Below are positions 1-9,285 of a stretch of 42,487 bases of DNA, in pieces. The first letter of the stretch is position 1. Each line of letters starts with the position of its first letter. A model generated the notes under the pieces. It was not told the origin of the DNA, ran no database searches, and saw only the letters and a program-made list of their open reading frames with translations. The stretch is taken from the sequence record SRR31156797_10525. One strand, written 5' to 3'. The translations under genes were made by a program, and so were the position numbers.

Positions 1-160
1 AAATTCATCCAACTTCTGAGACCAATAAAATTTTCCTTTTTATTCTTAATTGAATCACAATTTATCCTATATTCCAGGATACATTTATAGCTACTTTATA
101 ATTATTAAACTCATCACATATAAGTACTGCAAGGCATTTTAAGTATTAATTCTATATATC

Positions 161-194
161 AAAAAAAGAGTAAGGATAAAAAATCCTTACTCTT
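161..194 (-). terminator. Intrinsic terminator downstream of the GH27-GH43 operon
   Basis: Perfect 12-bp inverted repeat AAGAGTAAGGAT (166-177) / ATCCTTACTCTT (183-194). The A-run at 161-167 reads as a U-tail on the minus strand. Confidence 0.75.
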
Positions 195-351
195 AATATC
201 TTTATTGTGCACTTAACCTCCTTTAAGATTAAGTGCACTTATTACATACAAATAAAACTAAACTTTACACTTTGAATACTTATTGGCTACTATATTCTAA
301 TAGTTTATCGCACGTAATTTCTTCAAATTATACACATTAATTAAAAAGAAG

Positions 352-3300
352 TTATTTCTTTTTTTTGTGTTTCTTCTTTTTCTTAGCATTACATTTTTCC
401 TGATTAATCATTACAGGATCAATGCCTTTATGAGTCGGTAATGTTCTTTTTATTGTTCCATCCTCATTAAACAAAAGTTGGTCAATACAAACTTCACGGT
501 GCGTACCCGGATCATCCTTAATGTGTTTAGCATTGATACGGTGATACACAATATACCATTCATCTTTTCCTGGTATTTGTAAAATAGAATTATGCGCCGT
601 TCCGTAAATTTTATTTTTAGCATCCTGTATAATCACAATAGGATCCTCTGCTACTTCAACAGGCCCTATTGGAGACTTTGATGTACCATAAGCAACATGG
701 TAATTTGACGAACCGGTATCATCAACAGACCATAAGAAGTAATACAATCCTTTGCGATAAAAAACATATGGCGCTTCGCGATACGCATAATCTTTTAATG
801 ATCCTCCACGAGGTGTTAAATCTTTAACTGTACTCTCCTTTATTGTGACCATATCTTCATTAAGCTCAGCCACTGCCATATAACCATTACCATAGTAAAA
901 ATAACTTTTACCTGATACCGGATCTGTAAACACATCTCCGTCGATTAACTGGCCTCCAATACCTTTCGGTAATTTTGAAATCATCGGAACACCTGAATCA
1001 TAAAAAGGCCCTGTTGGATCATTAGCTACTGCTACACCAATTTTCTTAATGCCTGCATTTCCACTAAAATAATAAAAGTACTTATAGCTGTCATCAGCCA
1101 TTTTCTTTTCTTCAATACAAGGCGCCCATGCATTACCGCTTGCCCATGATACCTGATCAGTACTTAAATCAAGAAAAGTTCCTTCATTCACCCAATTCAC
1201 TAAATCCGGTGAAGAGAAAACATCAAAAGAATATCCTCCCCAGCCTGGATAGCCATCCGAAGTCGGATAAATATAAAAGCGTCCTGTTTTTTCAGAATAC
1301 AACACATCAGGATCTGCATGAAAACCAGGAAGAACAGGGTTTGCTGCAATCGATACAGTTACATTATAGCTTTCTGATTTTCCTCCATGTGAAACAGTGT
1401 ATTTTACGTTTCCTGAAGTAAAATCCTGCTCACCTTTAGGGGTAATTACTGCCCCTGGAGCTCCATATAAAACAGGATTAAAGCTACTTAAATCAGTTCC
1501 AAAAGCAACTTTTATATTAATTTCCTTAGTTTCTTCATCAATTTCGAAACCGCTTTTATTCTTTAATTTATCATTAGCAGCACCTAACACCGACGTATTT
1601 ATTTTTGTATTTGGCCATTTTTTCAACAAACGCTCTAATTCTTCTTTATAAACAGGGATTGTTGTACCATGACGAGCATGAATATCATAGCTATCTCTAA
1701 CATGCTTAAACTTAGTTAAGTCATCAGAACTACAGTATTGATAATGTCCGTTGGCATAACAGTCATACATTAACACCCATTTATCAGAATTGATTAATCT
1801 GAAAATCCCAGCACCCTCTACTGCTTTATAAGTAGGCTGAACCGGTGGCGTTGCTTGACTCCATTGAGATCCGGGTTCTTCTCCTGCCGGTGCTAATAAA
1901 GTTTTTGCAGTTACACGACTGATACCACCGGCTGCTTCGTTTTTAAAGAACATGTAGTATAAACTATCCACCTCATTAAAAACAATATCACAATCAATGG
2001 TTGATGATTTTCTATCGTAAAATAATTTTGGCTCACCTTCCAAATCGGTAAAATCTTCGTTTGCATAGCAATAATAAATACGATCATATGGACAGTCTGC
2101 ATCAAAAGTAGTCAGCGAGAAATAAACCATATACTTACCAGCGTCTGCATCATATATTGTTTGAGGTGCCCAAACACGTTTAACATTACCCCATGCTTCA
2201 GGCCACTTTTCAGGAAAATGTACTGTTGAGTGGGTCCAGTTAATTAAATCATTAGACTTTAATAAAACCATTCCACGATTACTACTCCATCCTTCAGCCG
2301 ACTTCATATCAGTAACAACCATATAATAACTCTTACCATCTGCTCCTCTTAAAATATGAGGATCACGAACTCCTCCTTTTAACGAAATAGTATCTGAACT
2401 AATAATTCTGTTACCATCATTAATTGGCATGTAATTATAGCCATCATAACTTATCGCTAATCTTATTTGTTCTCCATTAGTATCATTTCCTGTAAAGTAA
2501 CTAAACAAATAAGCTTCATAACCTTCGTCTTCCGCAATCCATAGCTCAAAATCTTTAGATGACTTTTCTTCTCCCTTAACAGCATATGCTGTTAAAACAA
2601 CTTTTTGCTTACCTTTTCCCTTTTCAGAAAGCTTTACTACTTGACCAAAATCATTTATAAATTCAGGATTCTTTGATTTCCAGGAAATTCTAGAACCTTC
2701 CAATGTTTTATAAGAAAGTTTAACTGCACTTCGAACATTATGAATTGTTCCTTCAATTTGTAAGCTTTCTAAATCTTCTACTACAGCTTCTTTAGGCGAA
2801 ACCTGAGGCATAACAGTCACCTCAATATCCTTTGAAGCACTTACGTTGGCATTTTTAAAAGTAGCTGTTAAAGAAACCTTTACCGGCTCTGATCCAACAG
2901 AAGGTCTTTTCACATATCCATTTTCATCAATCACTTTAGTATTCGAACTCTTCCATGAAATAGCAACTCCTTCTGAATAGGCTTTGGGTAAGATAAGATT
3001 TGAACGAACTTCTTTAAGCCCTTCTAATTCAAATTCATTTAATGAATTAACTATCGCAATACTATCCAGTTTATGATTGATTGGCTTAAATACTTTAGCT
3101 AAAGAAGCCATATCCTCCGGAAGAAGAACTCCGCTATAAACAGTAAAATTATCAAAAGTAGCATCTGACAAATAACGGTCTCCATTATAACATGATTTAC
3201 CCAGGAAATTAAATTTAGTAGCTCCTAAATCCTTTGGTTGTACTTTAACATCTCCCTGAGCCAATAATTTTCCATCTATATATATACTTCCTTTACCATT

Positions 3301-3837
3301 ATCATGCGTATAAGTAAGATTAATCCATCTTCCTTTAGGAAAACTCTTACCTGTTGACAAAGAAGACTCTCCTGTCCAATGCATTTTTGAAATGGCATAA
3401 CGCGAAGAACTTGCTGCAAAAAAAGTATTGCCATTGGCAGTTGATGCCATATCTGTTGAATTAGCAAATGTCCACACGAAACTTCCCGCACCTCCGATAT
3501 CCGAAGAGTTTGGAATAAACATGTTTGTAGATATACTAAATTCCTCTAGCTGGGCAACAATATTTCCAAATTCAGAAGACAAATCGAAGTAACCATCCTT
3601 TTTCCCTAGTTTCAAAACGGACATTCCATGACACTCATCAATAGAAGCCCCATTTTTCAATTCACCGGAGAATTGACCGGTTTTATCTTTAGTGGTATCA
3701 AAATCAAAATTGGCCAATACCTCTACATCTGATTTCAAATCCTGAGCATTTGCTCCATTAAAAAACAATACTCCTACTAGAGCAAGAAGCCAATAACTCC
3801 ATGCTTTAGTCGGTTTATTTTTTCCTTTCATTTCCAT
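352..3837 (-). CDS. Secreted multimodular glycoside hydrolase: signal peptide, LamG/ConA-like domain, two Ig-like repeats, GH43 domain, DUF5018-like Ig domain, second GH43 domain (arabinofuranosidase/galactosidase/xylosidase-type)
   Basis: ORF 352..3879; likely start is ATG 3837 or 3831, just before a signal peptide ending NANA-Q. LamG motifs: W..LTYT...IYIDG, FLGKS, DNFTVY. GH43 #1: YLFSYF, VRDPHI, WAPQ, TIDCD, VEGA. GH43 #2: HADPD, AWAP, IDGDVF, REAP. Confidence 0.85.
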   Translation of the reverse strand: MEMKGKNKPTKAWSYWLLALVGVLFFNGANAQDLKSDVEVLANFDFDTTKDKTGQFSGELKNGASIDECHGMSVLKLGKKDGYFDLSSEFGNIVAQLEEFSISTNMFIPNSSDIGGAGSFVWTFANSTDMASTANGNTFFAASSSRYAISKMHWTGESSLSTGKSFPKGRWINLTYTHDNGKGSIYIDGKLLAQGDVKVQPKDLGATKFNFLGKSCYNGDRYLSDATFDNFTVYSGVLLPEDMASLAKVFKPINHKLDSIAIVNSLNEFELEGLKEVRSNLILPKAYSEGVAISWKSSNTKVIDENGYVKRPSVGSEPVKVSLTATFKNANVSASKDIEVTVMPQVSPKEAVVEDLESLQIEGTIHNVRSAVKLSYKTLEGSRISWKSKNPEFINDFGQVVKLSEKGKGKQKVVLTAYAVKGEEKSSKDFELWIAEDEGYEAYLFSYFTGNDTNGEQIRLAISYDGYNYMPINDGNRIISSDTISLKGGVRDPHILRGADGKSYYMVVTDMKSAEGWSSNRGMVLLKSNDLINWTHSTVHFPEKWPEAWGNVKRVWAPQTIYDADAGKYMVYFSLTTFDADCPYDRIYYCYANEDFTDLEGEPKLFYDRKSSTIDCDIVFNEVDSLYYMFFKNEAAGGISRVTAKTLLAPAGEEPGSQWSQATPPVQPTYKAVEGAGIFRLINSDKWVLMYDCYANGHYQYCSSDDLTKFKHVRDSYDIHARHGTTIPVYKEELERLLKKWPNTKINTSVLGAANDKLKNKSGFEIDEETKEINIKVAFGTDLSSFNPVLYGAPGAVITPKGEQDFTSGNVKYTVSHGGKSESYNVTVSIAANPVLPGFHADPDVLYSEKTGRFYIYPTSDGYPGWGGYSFDVFSSPDLVNWVNEGTFLDLSTDQVSWASGNAWAPCIEEKKMADDSYKYFYYFSGNAGIKKIGVAVANDPTGPFYDSGVPMISKLPKGIGGQLIDGDVFTDPVSGKSYFYYGNGYMAVAELNEDMVTIKESTVKDLTPRGGSLKDYAYREAPYVFYRKGLYYFLWSVDDTGSSNYHVAYGTSKSPIGPVEVAEDPIVIIQDAKNKIYGTAHNSILQIPGKDEWYIVYHRINAKHIKDDPGTHREVCIDQLLFNEDGTIKRTLPTHKGIDPVMINQEKCNAKKKKKHKKKK

Positions 3838-3879
3838 TACTTTAATAATTATATAATAATTGAATTTACTAGCCCACAT

Positions 3880-6174
3880 CTATTTAACAGCAGAAACTCG
3901 ATACAATCCTGTTCCATGCGAAGGTAGAACCGGAGCAAAATCAGAATTAGAGTATTTCCCTAAATCTTCTTTTTTCCACAAGTCACGGATCATTACTTCA
4001 CCATCAAAACCAAGATCTTTTAGGTTCACAGGCGCTTTGATTGACGTATTTAAAACTGGATCTTCAGTGTACACTAAAAATTCCATTGTAACTCCTTCGT
4101 TTGCATCTTTTACTTCATCATCGTAAGAACAAAATGCTTTAAAAGTGCTATAACCTTCAGGTAAATCGAACTCAATAATAGAGTTTGAATGTGTACCAAT
4201 ACCGTTTTTATATACTTTACCAGCAACGGTTAGCTTTTTACCTTCAATTGTTTTATTCCTTTGTACTTTACCCCAACCACAATCTGCTTTGGCCCAATCT
4301 AATTTTGTTAATGATAAAGATTCTCCGTTTTCCTTATAAAGGGTTGGATTAATCCAATCAGCATGATCGAAGTTAAAATTATCTCCCGCATCAGTAACCA
4401 CCAAGTAAAGCTTCTTAGCACCCTTTATGTCTGCTTCAACCTTTTTACCTTTAGAAGACATCGTACGACTAATTCTACCTGTATTGGCAATGGCTTTATT
4501 TATATCAACTGCTCTTGGTGTTGGATCAGTTGTGGCAACCATAAATTCAACAGTAGTACCACCTTTAACATCCGTAGCCGCTTTATCTAATCCTGCAAAA
4601 GTTTTAAAACGAACGCTATTTTCAGGAATTTGATACATAATGATAGATTGCGAATGCGTTCCAATTCCATTAGTATATTCTGTACCTTTCACATTTAAGG
4701 TCTGACCAGAAACACTTTTATTTACAGTTACCTGACCCCATCCGGCAGTTGCATATTCCCATTTAAGATCAGTTAAATTAATCGTCTTTCCATTCGCCAA
4801 TTCAACTTGAGGATTAATCCAGTTTGCGTGATCCCAGCTTATTCCATCTCCTCCATCATTTACAACAAGGTATAATTCAGTACTTCCTTTAGGTAATTCA
4901 ATATCGATATGCTCACCAAAACCATCCGTTAATTGAGAAACTGTTCCACTTCTATACAATAAATCTTTTGTAATAATGAAACCATCACCACCATTATTAA
5001 AAAGAGCTAAAAACACATCTCCATTTTCAGGATCTTCTGCTGTCCAGGCTGTAATATCTTCCTTAGCATACCATTCTTTATTTTTTTCTGAGTATTTGTT
5101 TACATACAATACTTCATCATTAGTCAATAACGAATTGGTAAACTCATCATTATCCGGCATATTACCTCCAAACATTAATGGCGATTTAAACATCGACCAT
5201 AAAGTCATTAAGGTGTATTGCTCATCTTTTGTAAAGTTTGTATAACGGTTGGTAGCTCTTTCGCCACGGATAAATTTACCCATTGGTAACATATCTGCAT
5301 CAGGCCATGCTCCCTTTGTAATATAGGGTGCCCAATCTGCACACACTCCAAAAGAATAATTAAGCTGTGCCCAGTTATCCCAAAAATCATCAATCGTGCG
5401 CCACATATTAGCATGAGTTGTTGCATGTTCATACTGATCAAGAGGTGTAGCTCCAGGAGACATACTCAATACTATTGGTCGACCTGTTTGATCGATAGCA
5501 TTTCTAAGCATTTCAATTTCATCTGCATGATATGGACGAGATAAGTCATCTACTTTAATATAGTCTACTCCCCACGAAGCATATAAATCTAATATTGAAT
5601 TATAATATTCCTGAGATCCAACTTTACCTTTAACTACAGTATAATTATCCTGCAACCAGGTACACTCATATTCTGTTGAATAAATTTGATCTGCAGTTAC
5701 CTCAGTTCCTAAAACAGGCATCTTATTAAAAACAGCTTCTTTTGGCACTCCTCTCATAATATGAATACCAAATTTTAGCCCTAGATTATGCACATAATCA
5801 GCTAAAGGCTTAAATCCAGCACCATTCGCAGAAGAAGGAAACCTTTTAGGAGAAGGCATATATCTACCATATTCATCGATAATAAAGTCTGTTTTATCAT
5901 AGGCATTATAATGACCAGTTGTTTGATTATCGGCATACCAGCGAATATCCACGACAATATACTCCCATCCCGATTCTTTTAAATGCTCTGCCATATAGTC
6001 GGCATTAGCTTTAACTTCATCTTCTACAACCGATGGACCGAAACAATCCCAACTGTTCCATCCCATAGGAGGGGTTTCTGCCCATTGTTTAAAATCACTT
6101 TTCTTAGAACTCGAACTACATGCTCCAAGAAAAGCTGTTAAAATTACCGCCAATACTAAATTCAGATTTCTCAT
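3880..6174 (-). CDS. GH27 lipoprotein (alpha-galactosidase/beta-L-arabinopyranosidase family) with two NPCBM/NEW2 (CBM51-like) modules
   Basis: Lipobox LGA-C. GH27 motifs TPPMGWNSW, VVDIRW, WGVDYIKVDD (nucleophile), MWRTIDDFWD (acid/base), WPDADML. Repeated GIGTHS and DHAxW NPCBM motifs. Confidence 0.9.
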   Translation of the reverse strand: MRNLNLVLAVILTAFLGACSSSSKKSDFKQWAETPPMGWNSWDCFGPSVVEDEVKANADYMAEHLKESGWEYIVVDIRWYADNQTTGHYNAYDKTDFIIDEYGRYMPSPKRFPSSANGAGFKPLADYVHNLGLKFGIHIMRGVPKEAVFNKMPVLGTEVTADQIYSTEYECTWLQDNYTVVKGKVGSQEYYNSILDLYASWGVDYIKVDDLSRPYHADEIEMLRNAIDQTGRPIVLSMSPGATPLDQYEHATTHANMWRTIDDFWDNWAQLNYSFGVCADWAPYITKGAWPDADMLPMGKFIRGERATNRYTNFTKDEQYTLMTLWSMFKSPLMFGGNMPDNDEFTNSLLTNDEVLYVNKYSEKNKEWYAKEDITAWTAEDPENGDVFLALFNNGGDGFIITKDLLYRSGTVSQLTDGFGEHIDIELPKGSTELYLVVNDGGDGISWDHANWINPQVELANGKTINLTDLKWEYATAGWGQVTVNKSVSGQTLNVKGTEYTNGIGTHSQSIIMYQIPENSVRFKTFAGLDKAATDVKGGTTVEFMVATTDPTPRAVDINKAIANTGRISRTMSSKGKKVEADIKGAKKLYLVVTDAGDNFNFDHADWINPTLYKENGESLSLTKLDWAKADCGWGKVQRNKTIEGKKLTVAGKVYKNGIGTHSNSIIEFDLPEGYSTFKAFCSYDDEVKDANEGVTMEFLVYTEDPVLNTSIKAPVNLKDLGFDGEVMIRDLWKKEDLGKYSNSDFAPVLPSHGTGLYRVSAVK

Positions 6175-6238
6175 TTCAATTTAAATTGTGAATTATTATT
6201 TACGTTTTATTTAATTTCTAAAGACTATTTAACAATTT

Positions 6239-6304
6239 CAAAAGTACAAAAGCACTTTTAAGATTTTCTACACAAAATCGTCAATCGCTATTATAAATTC
6301 TGCA
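6239..6304 (-). promoter_or_regulatory. Bacteroidota sigmaA -7 box plus upstream 21-bp-spaced direct repeat (candidate HTCS/AraC activator site) for the GH27-GH43 operon
   Basis: Minus-strand TACTTTTG at 6239-6246 matches TAnnTTTG. ACAAAATCGTCA (6272-6283) and ATAAATTCTGCA (6293-6304) match at 8/12 positions with a 21-bp offset. Confidence 0.5.
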
Positions 6305-6604
6305 TTCGATGCATTCCTATTTTCAGTCCCATTTTCAATAACACAAGCAAGTCTTGCATTATTAAAGACTTTTTTATTAGAAAACGAGTTGAGAAATTAA
6401 TAAAAAAAGAGAGTTTAATCAACAATTAAAATTGCTTTAATAGAGAATTGACGAATAAGTTATTGTTGACGAGAAAGAACATGTATTAACATGAAGCACA
6501 TGTATTATCATACAGACTCATGGCATGCAGAAACAGAGAACACGGAAATAAGTATCAAATTGATAAACCTAATTCTTGTAGAAATACAACAATACCTTAG
6601 TCAT

Positions 6605-6643
6605 AAAAAACGAAACCGCTTCCTTTTTCAAGAAAGCGGTCTC
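6605..6643 (-). terminator. Intrinsic terminator after the C1 peptidase gene
   Basis: Minus strand GAGACCGCTTTC-TTGAAAAA-GGAAGCGGTTTC followed by GTTTTTT. Confidence 0.75.
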
Positions 6644-6753
6644 ACTCCGATATCAAATTATCAATTGATTGGGTAATTGTTGGTGATGATAACGGATTAT
6701 AATTATCCCATAACGGGAGATTTATCAAGATGCTATTTTGTTCTTGTATTTAA

Positions 6754-7953
6754 TTAACGAATACCTAGCTTCTTTTTAATATCCTTAGGTAAGGTGTTTT
6801 TATTAATCATGATATTCATTGTTTTAAGCAAAACAAAAGACTCTGACGCATAAAAATAACCATCGTACTTATTATTAGTATCCCATGAATTCTTAACCTT
6901 ATAATAGGTATTACCCTCCTGATCTTTAACCAAACCAGTGATATGCATACCATGATCATCGGTAGATAAATAGTTATCGAATTGTTCTTGTCGTAATTCA
7001 GGGGTAATAACTTTTTCTCTTACCGGCCCATCAAAGCTATACATTCTTTTTTGACGATCTTCTTTGCTTAATGACTCCCACTTTTCTCTTTCTGAACCAC
7101 TCATCTCTTCAATGTCAGTTTCAGGTACGATAGCAACTCCATTTCTAAATGAGAATCCTTTTTCACTCACATCTGAGGCCCAGCCAAAAGTATGCCCTTC
7201 TTTTAATGAATTATGCATAATGCTCTTTAAGTCTTCCAAGGTTACATTATACACTTCGCCCCAAACCCAGTTGTCTGGTACTTCAAAAATAAACTTAGAA
7301 TAATATGGATGATGAGAAAATGAAGTAAGGATAATATAATCATCTGCATTTAACCCTGTAACCTCTGAAGCAAAAGTCTTAGGAGTATACTCTTTGCCTT
7401 CATAAGTAAATGTCTCAGGATACTCGCCAAGGTAAGCATCTAAAATTCCATTAAAACCTTGATGCCAAACCGGACTAAGTTTTTTGTTCTTATTGCTTAT
7501 TACGCCATCCACATACGATTTCAACAAATGATCCATCTCTCCATGTACATGCTTTTCTTCACCATACTGAAGTCCGGCATAAGCTTCTTCCGGTACAATA
7601 CCATAATTTCTAAGCGTATAAATAACATCTTCAAAAGATCCTCCCGGACCAAAATTTAATGAACCGTGCAATCGAACATATTTAGTTGCTTTATCTTCAT
7701 AACAGTTACGAACAACAAACATCTCCGACAAGTCAAATGATCCTTTTCCTTTTTTAATAATTTCTGATTCCAAAAATGACAGACCCGAAAAACTCCAACA
7801 AGTTCCTGAACGATTTTGATTCTTTACAGAAGTAGCTTCTAAATCATAGATTACCTCGAAATCATATCCTTTAACAGTATCCTTTTCCTGTGCCTTTAGT
7901 GAAGAAAATAGAGTAATCATCACTGCTAAAGACATAAAGTACTTAAAATCCAT
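6754..7953 (-). CDS. pepC: Secreted papain-like cysteine peptidase (C1 family, aminopeptidase C/bleomycin hydrolase-like)
   Basis: Signal peptide. Catalytic motifs QNRSGTCWSF (Cys), DDHGMH (His), VKNSW (Asn). Confidence 0.85.
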   Translation of the reverse strand: MDFKYFMSLAVMITLFSSLKAQEKDTVKGYDFEVIYDLEATSVKNQNRSGTCWSFSGLSFLESEIIKKGKGSFDLSEMFVVRNCYEDKATKYVRLHGSLNFGPGGSFEDVIYTLRNYGIVPEEAYAGLQYGEEKHVHGEMDHLLKSYVDGVISNKNKKLSPVWHQGFNGILDAYLGEYPETFTYEGKEYTPKTFASEVTGLNADDYIILTSFSHHPYYSKFIFEVPDNWVWGEVYNVTLEDLKSIMHNSLKEGHTFGWASDVSEKGFSFRNGVAIVPETDIEEMSGSEREKWESLSKEDRQKRMYSFDGPVREKVITPELRQEQFDNYLSTDDHGMHITGLVKDQEGNTYYKVKNSWDTNNKYDGYFYASESFVLLKTMNIMINKNTLPKDIKKKLGIR

Positions 7954-8205
7954 AAGAAATATTTTTTACATGTATTAACAATAAACTTTCAACAAATTCA
8001 GTTTTACTTAAATTTAATAATTTGTGTAAGAATATTTTCATGATTTGACTTTGGTAAAAATTGCAAACTCTCCAGTATTTTGGTTCTATTTTACCTGTAT
8101 AAAATTCTAAAAGCGCCTCAAAGAAAAAGAAAGTCAGTTTAAAAAATCATGACTTTTTACATGTTTTGTTGTAACATTTAACCCAAATTTAACTTAAAGC
8201 ATTAA

Positions 8206-9285
8206 TTATTCGTCAATCAAATTTAATAATTCAGGTCTGTTAATCTTACCATTAGATGTATATGGAAAGGCATTTGTAAAGACAATATCTTTGGGTTTTT
8301 CATATGATTTTAAACCTGAAAATTCTTGTATTCGGCTTAGCAAAGCTTCTTTTTCAATCTCTTTTTGAGTTAATAGCAAGACCAGCTTTTGTCCCAACTT
8401 TTTATCAGGCACTGCACTAACATAAAAGTCATAAGGAATTAGCTTGGCTAATTCTTTCTCAATCTTTTCTGGTATAATTTTAATTCCGCCTGAATTAATG
8501 ATATTATCATACCTTCCTTGAAAAAAGAACTCCTGATTCTCCTTTAAATCAACAATATCATTAGTTACAATTTTAGTATCGCACACTTCCGGAGCTTCAA
8601 TCACAAGACAGTCTCTACCATCTAAACTTAAATGAACACATGGCATGGGTTTAAAAGCTGTTCTTTCCCCTAAAATAGGTCGTAAAGCAATATGCGAAAC
8701 CGTTTCGGTCATTCCATAAGTTTCAAAGAAATTACATTCTTCCATTAACAACTGCTGTCTTAACTCTTCAGAAACAGCCCCTCCGCCAACTATAACCGTT
8801 TTAATCTTATCCTTAAAATATCCTACTCCATTATATACTTGCATAGGAACCATAGCAGTAAAATCAACAGCCTGATCCAGCTCTTTAACCGGATTTCCTT
8901 CTGGTTTGCTCAATAATAAATTAAACCCTCCGGCAATAGCCCTAACAATCATCATTTTACCAGCAATATATTGGGCTGACAAACAAAGCAAAGCTGTTTT
9001 AGTGTTGTCTAAATTGAAAAACAAATTTGTTTTAAGCGCAGAAGCCAACATATGCTGTTTTTTCAATTTGATTTTTTTAGGTGTTCCGGTTGACCCTGAA
9101 GTGTTGGCCTCAATTTCAGCATCAGGTGAAAGCCATTCCAAAATAAAGGCATACACATCCTTTTCCCATTGCTCTAACTTTGTTTCTTCTATTTGTTGCT
9201 TACAAAAAGCTAAAAGTTCATTTCCCTTATGGTAAATACCATTTAAGGTAATACTTTGATATTCGTTTAAATTATATTGCCCCAT
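8206..9285 (-). CDS. menE: O-succinylbenzoate-CoA ligase (short Bacteroidota type)
   Basis: AMP-binding motifs TSGSTGTPK, YGMTET, GRYDNIINSGGIK, NGKI. Overlaps menC by 19 nt. Confidence 0.88.
   Translation of the reverse strand: MGQYNLNEYQSITLNGIYHKGNELLAFCKQQIEETKLEQWEKDVYAFILEWLSPDAEIEANTSGSTGTPKKIKLKKQHMLASALKTNLFFNLDNTKTALLCLSAQYIAGKMMIVRAIAGGFNLLLSKPEGNPVKELDQAVDFTAMVPMQVYNGVGYFKDKIKTVIVGGGAVSEELRQQLLMEECNFFETYGMTETVSHIALRPILGERTAFKPMPCVHLSLDGRDCLVIEAPEVCDTKIVTNDIVDLKENQEFFFQGRYDNIINSGGIKIIPEKIEKELAKLIPYDFYVSAVPDKKLGQKLVLLLTQKEIEKEALLSRIQEFSGLKSYEKPKDIVFTNAFPYTSNGKINRPELLNLIDE

Noticed and set aside
6491..6676. 61-aa plus-strand ORF in the GH27-pepC gap
   Set aside because: It runs through the pepC terminator, has no recognisable motif, and is probably spurious.
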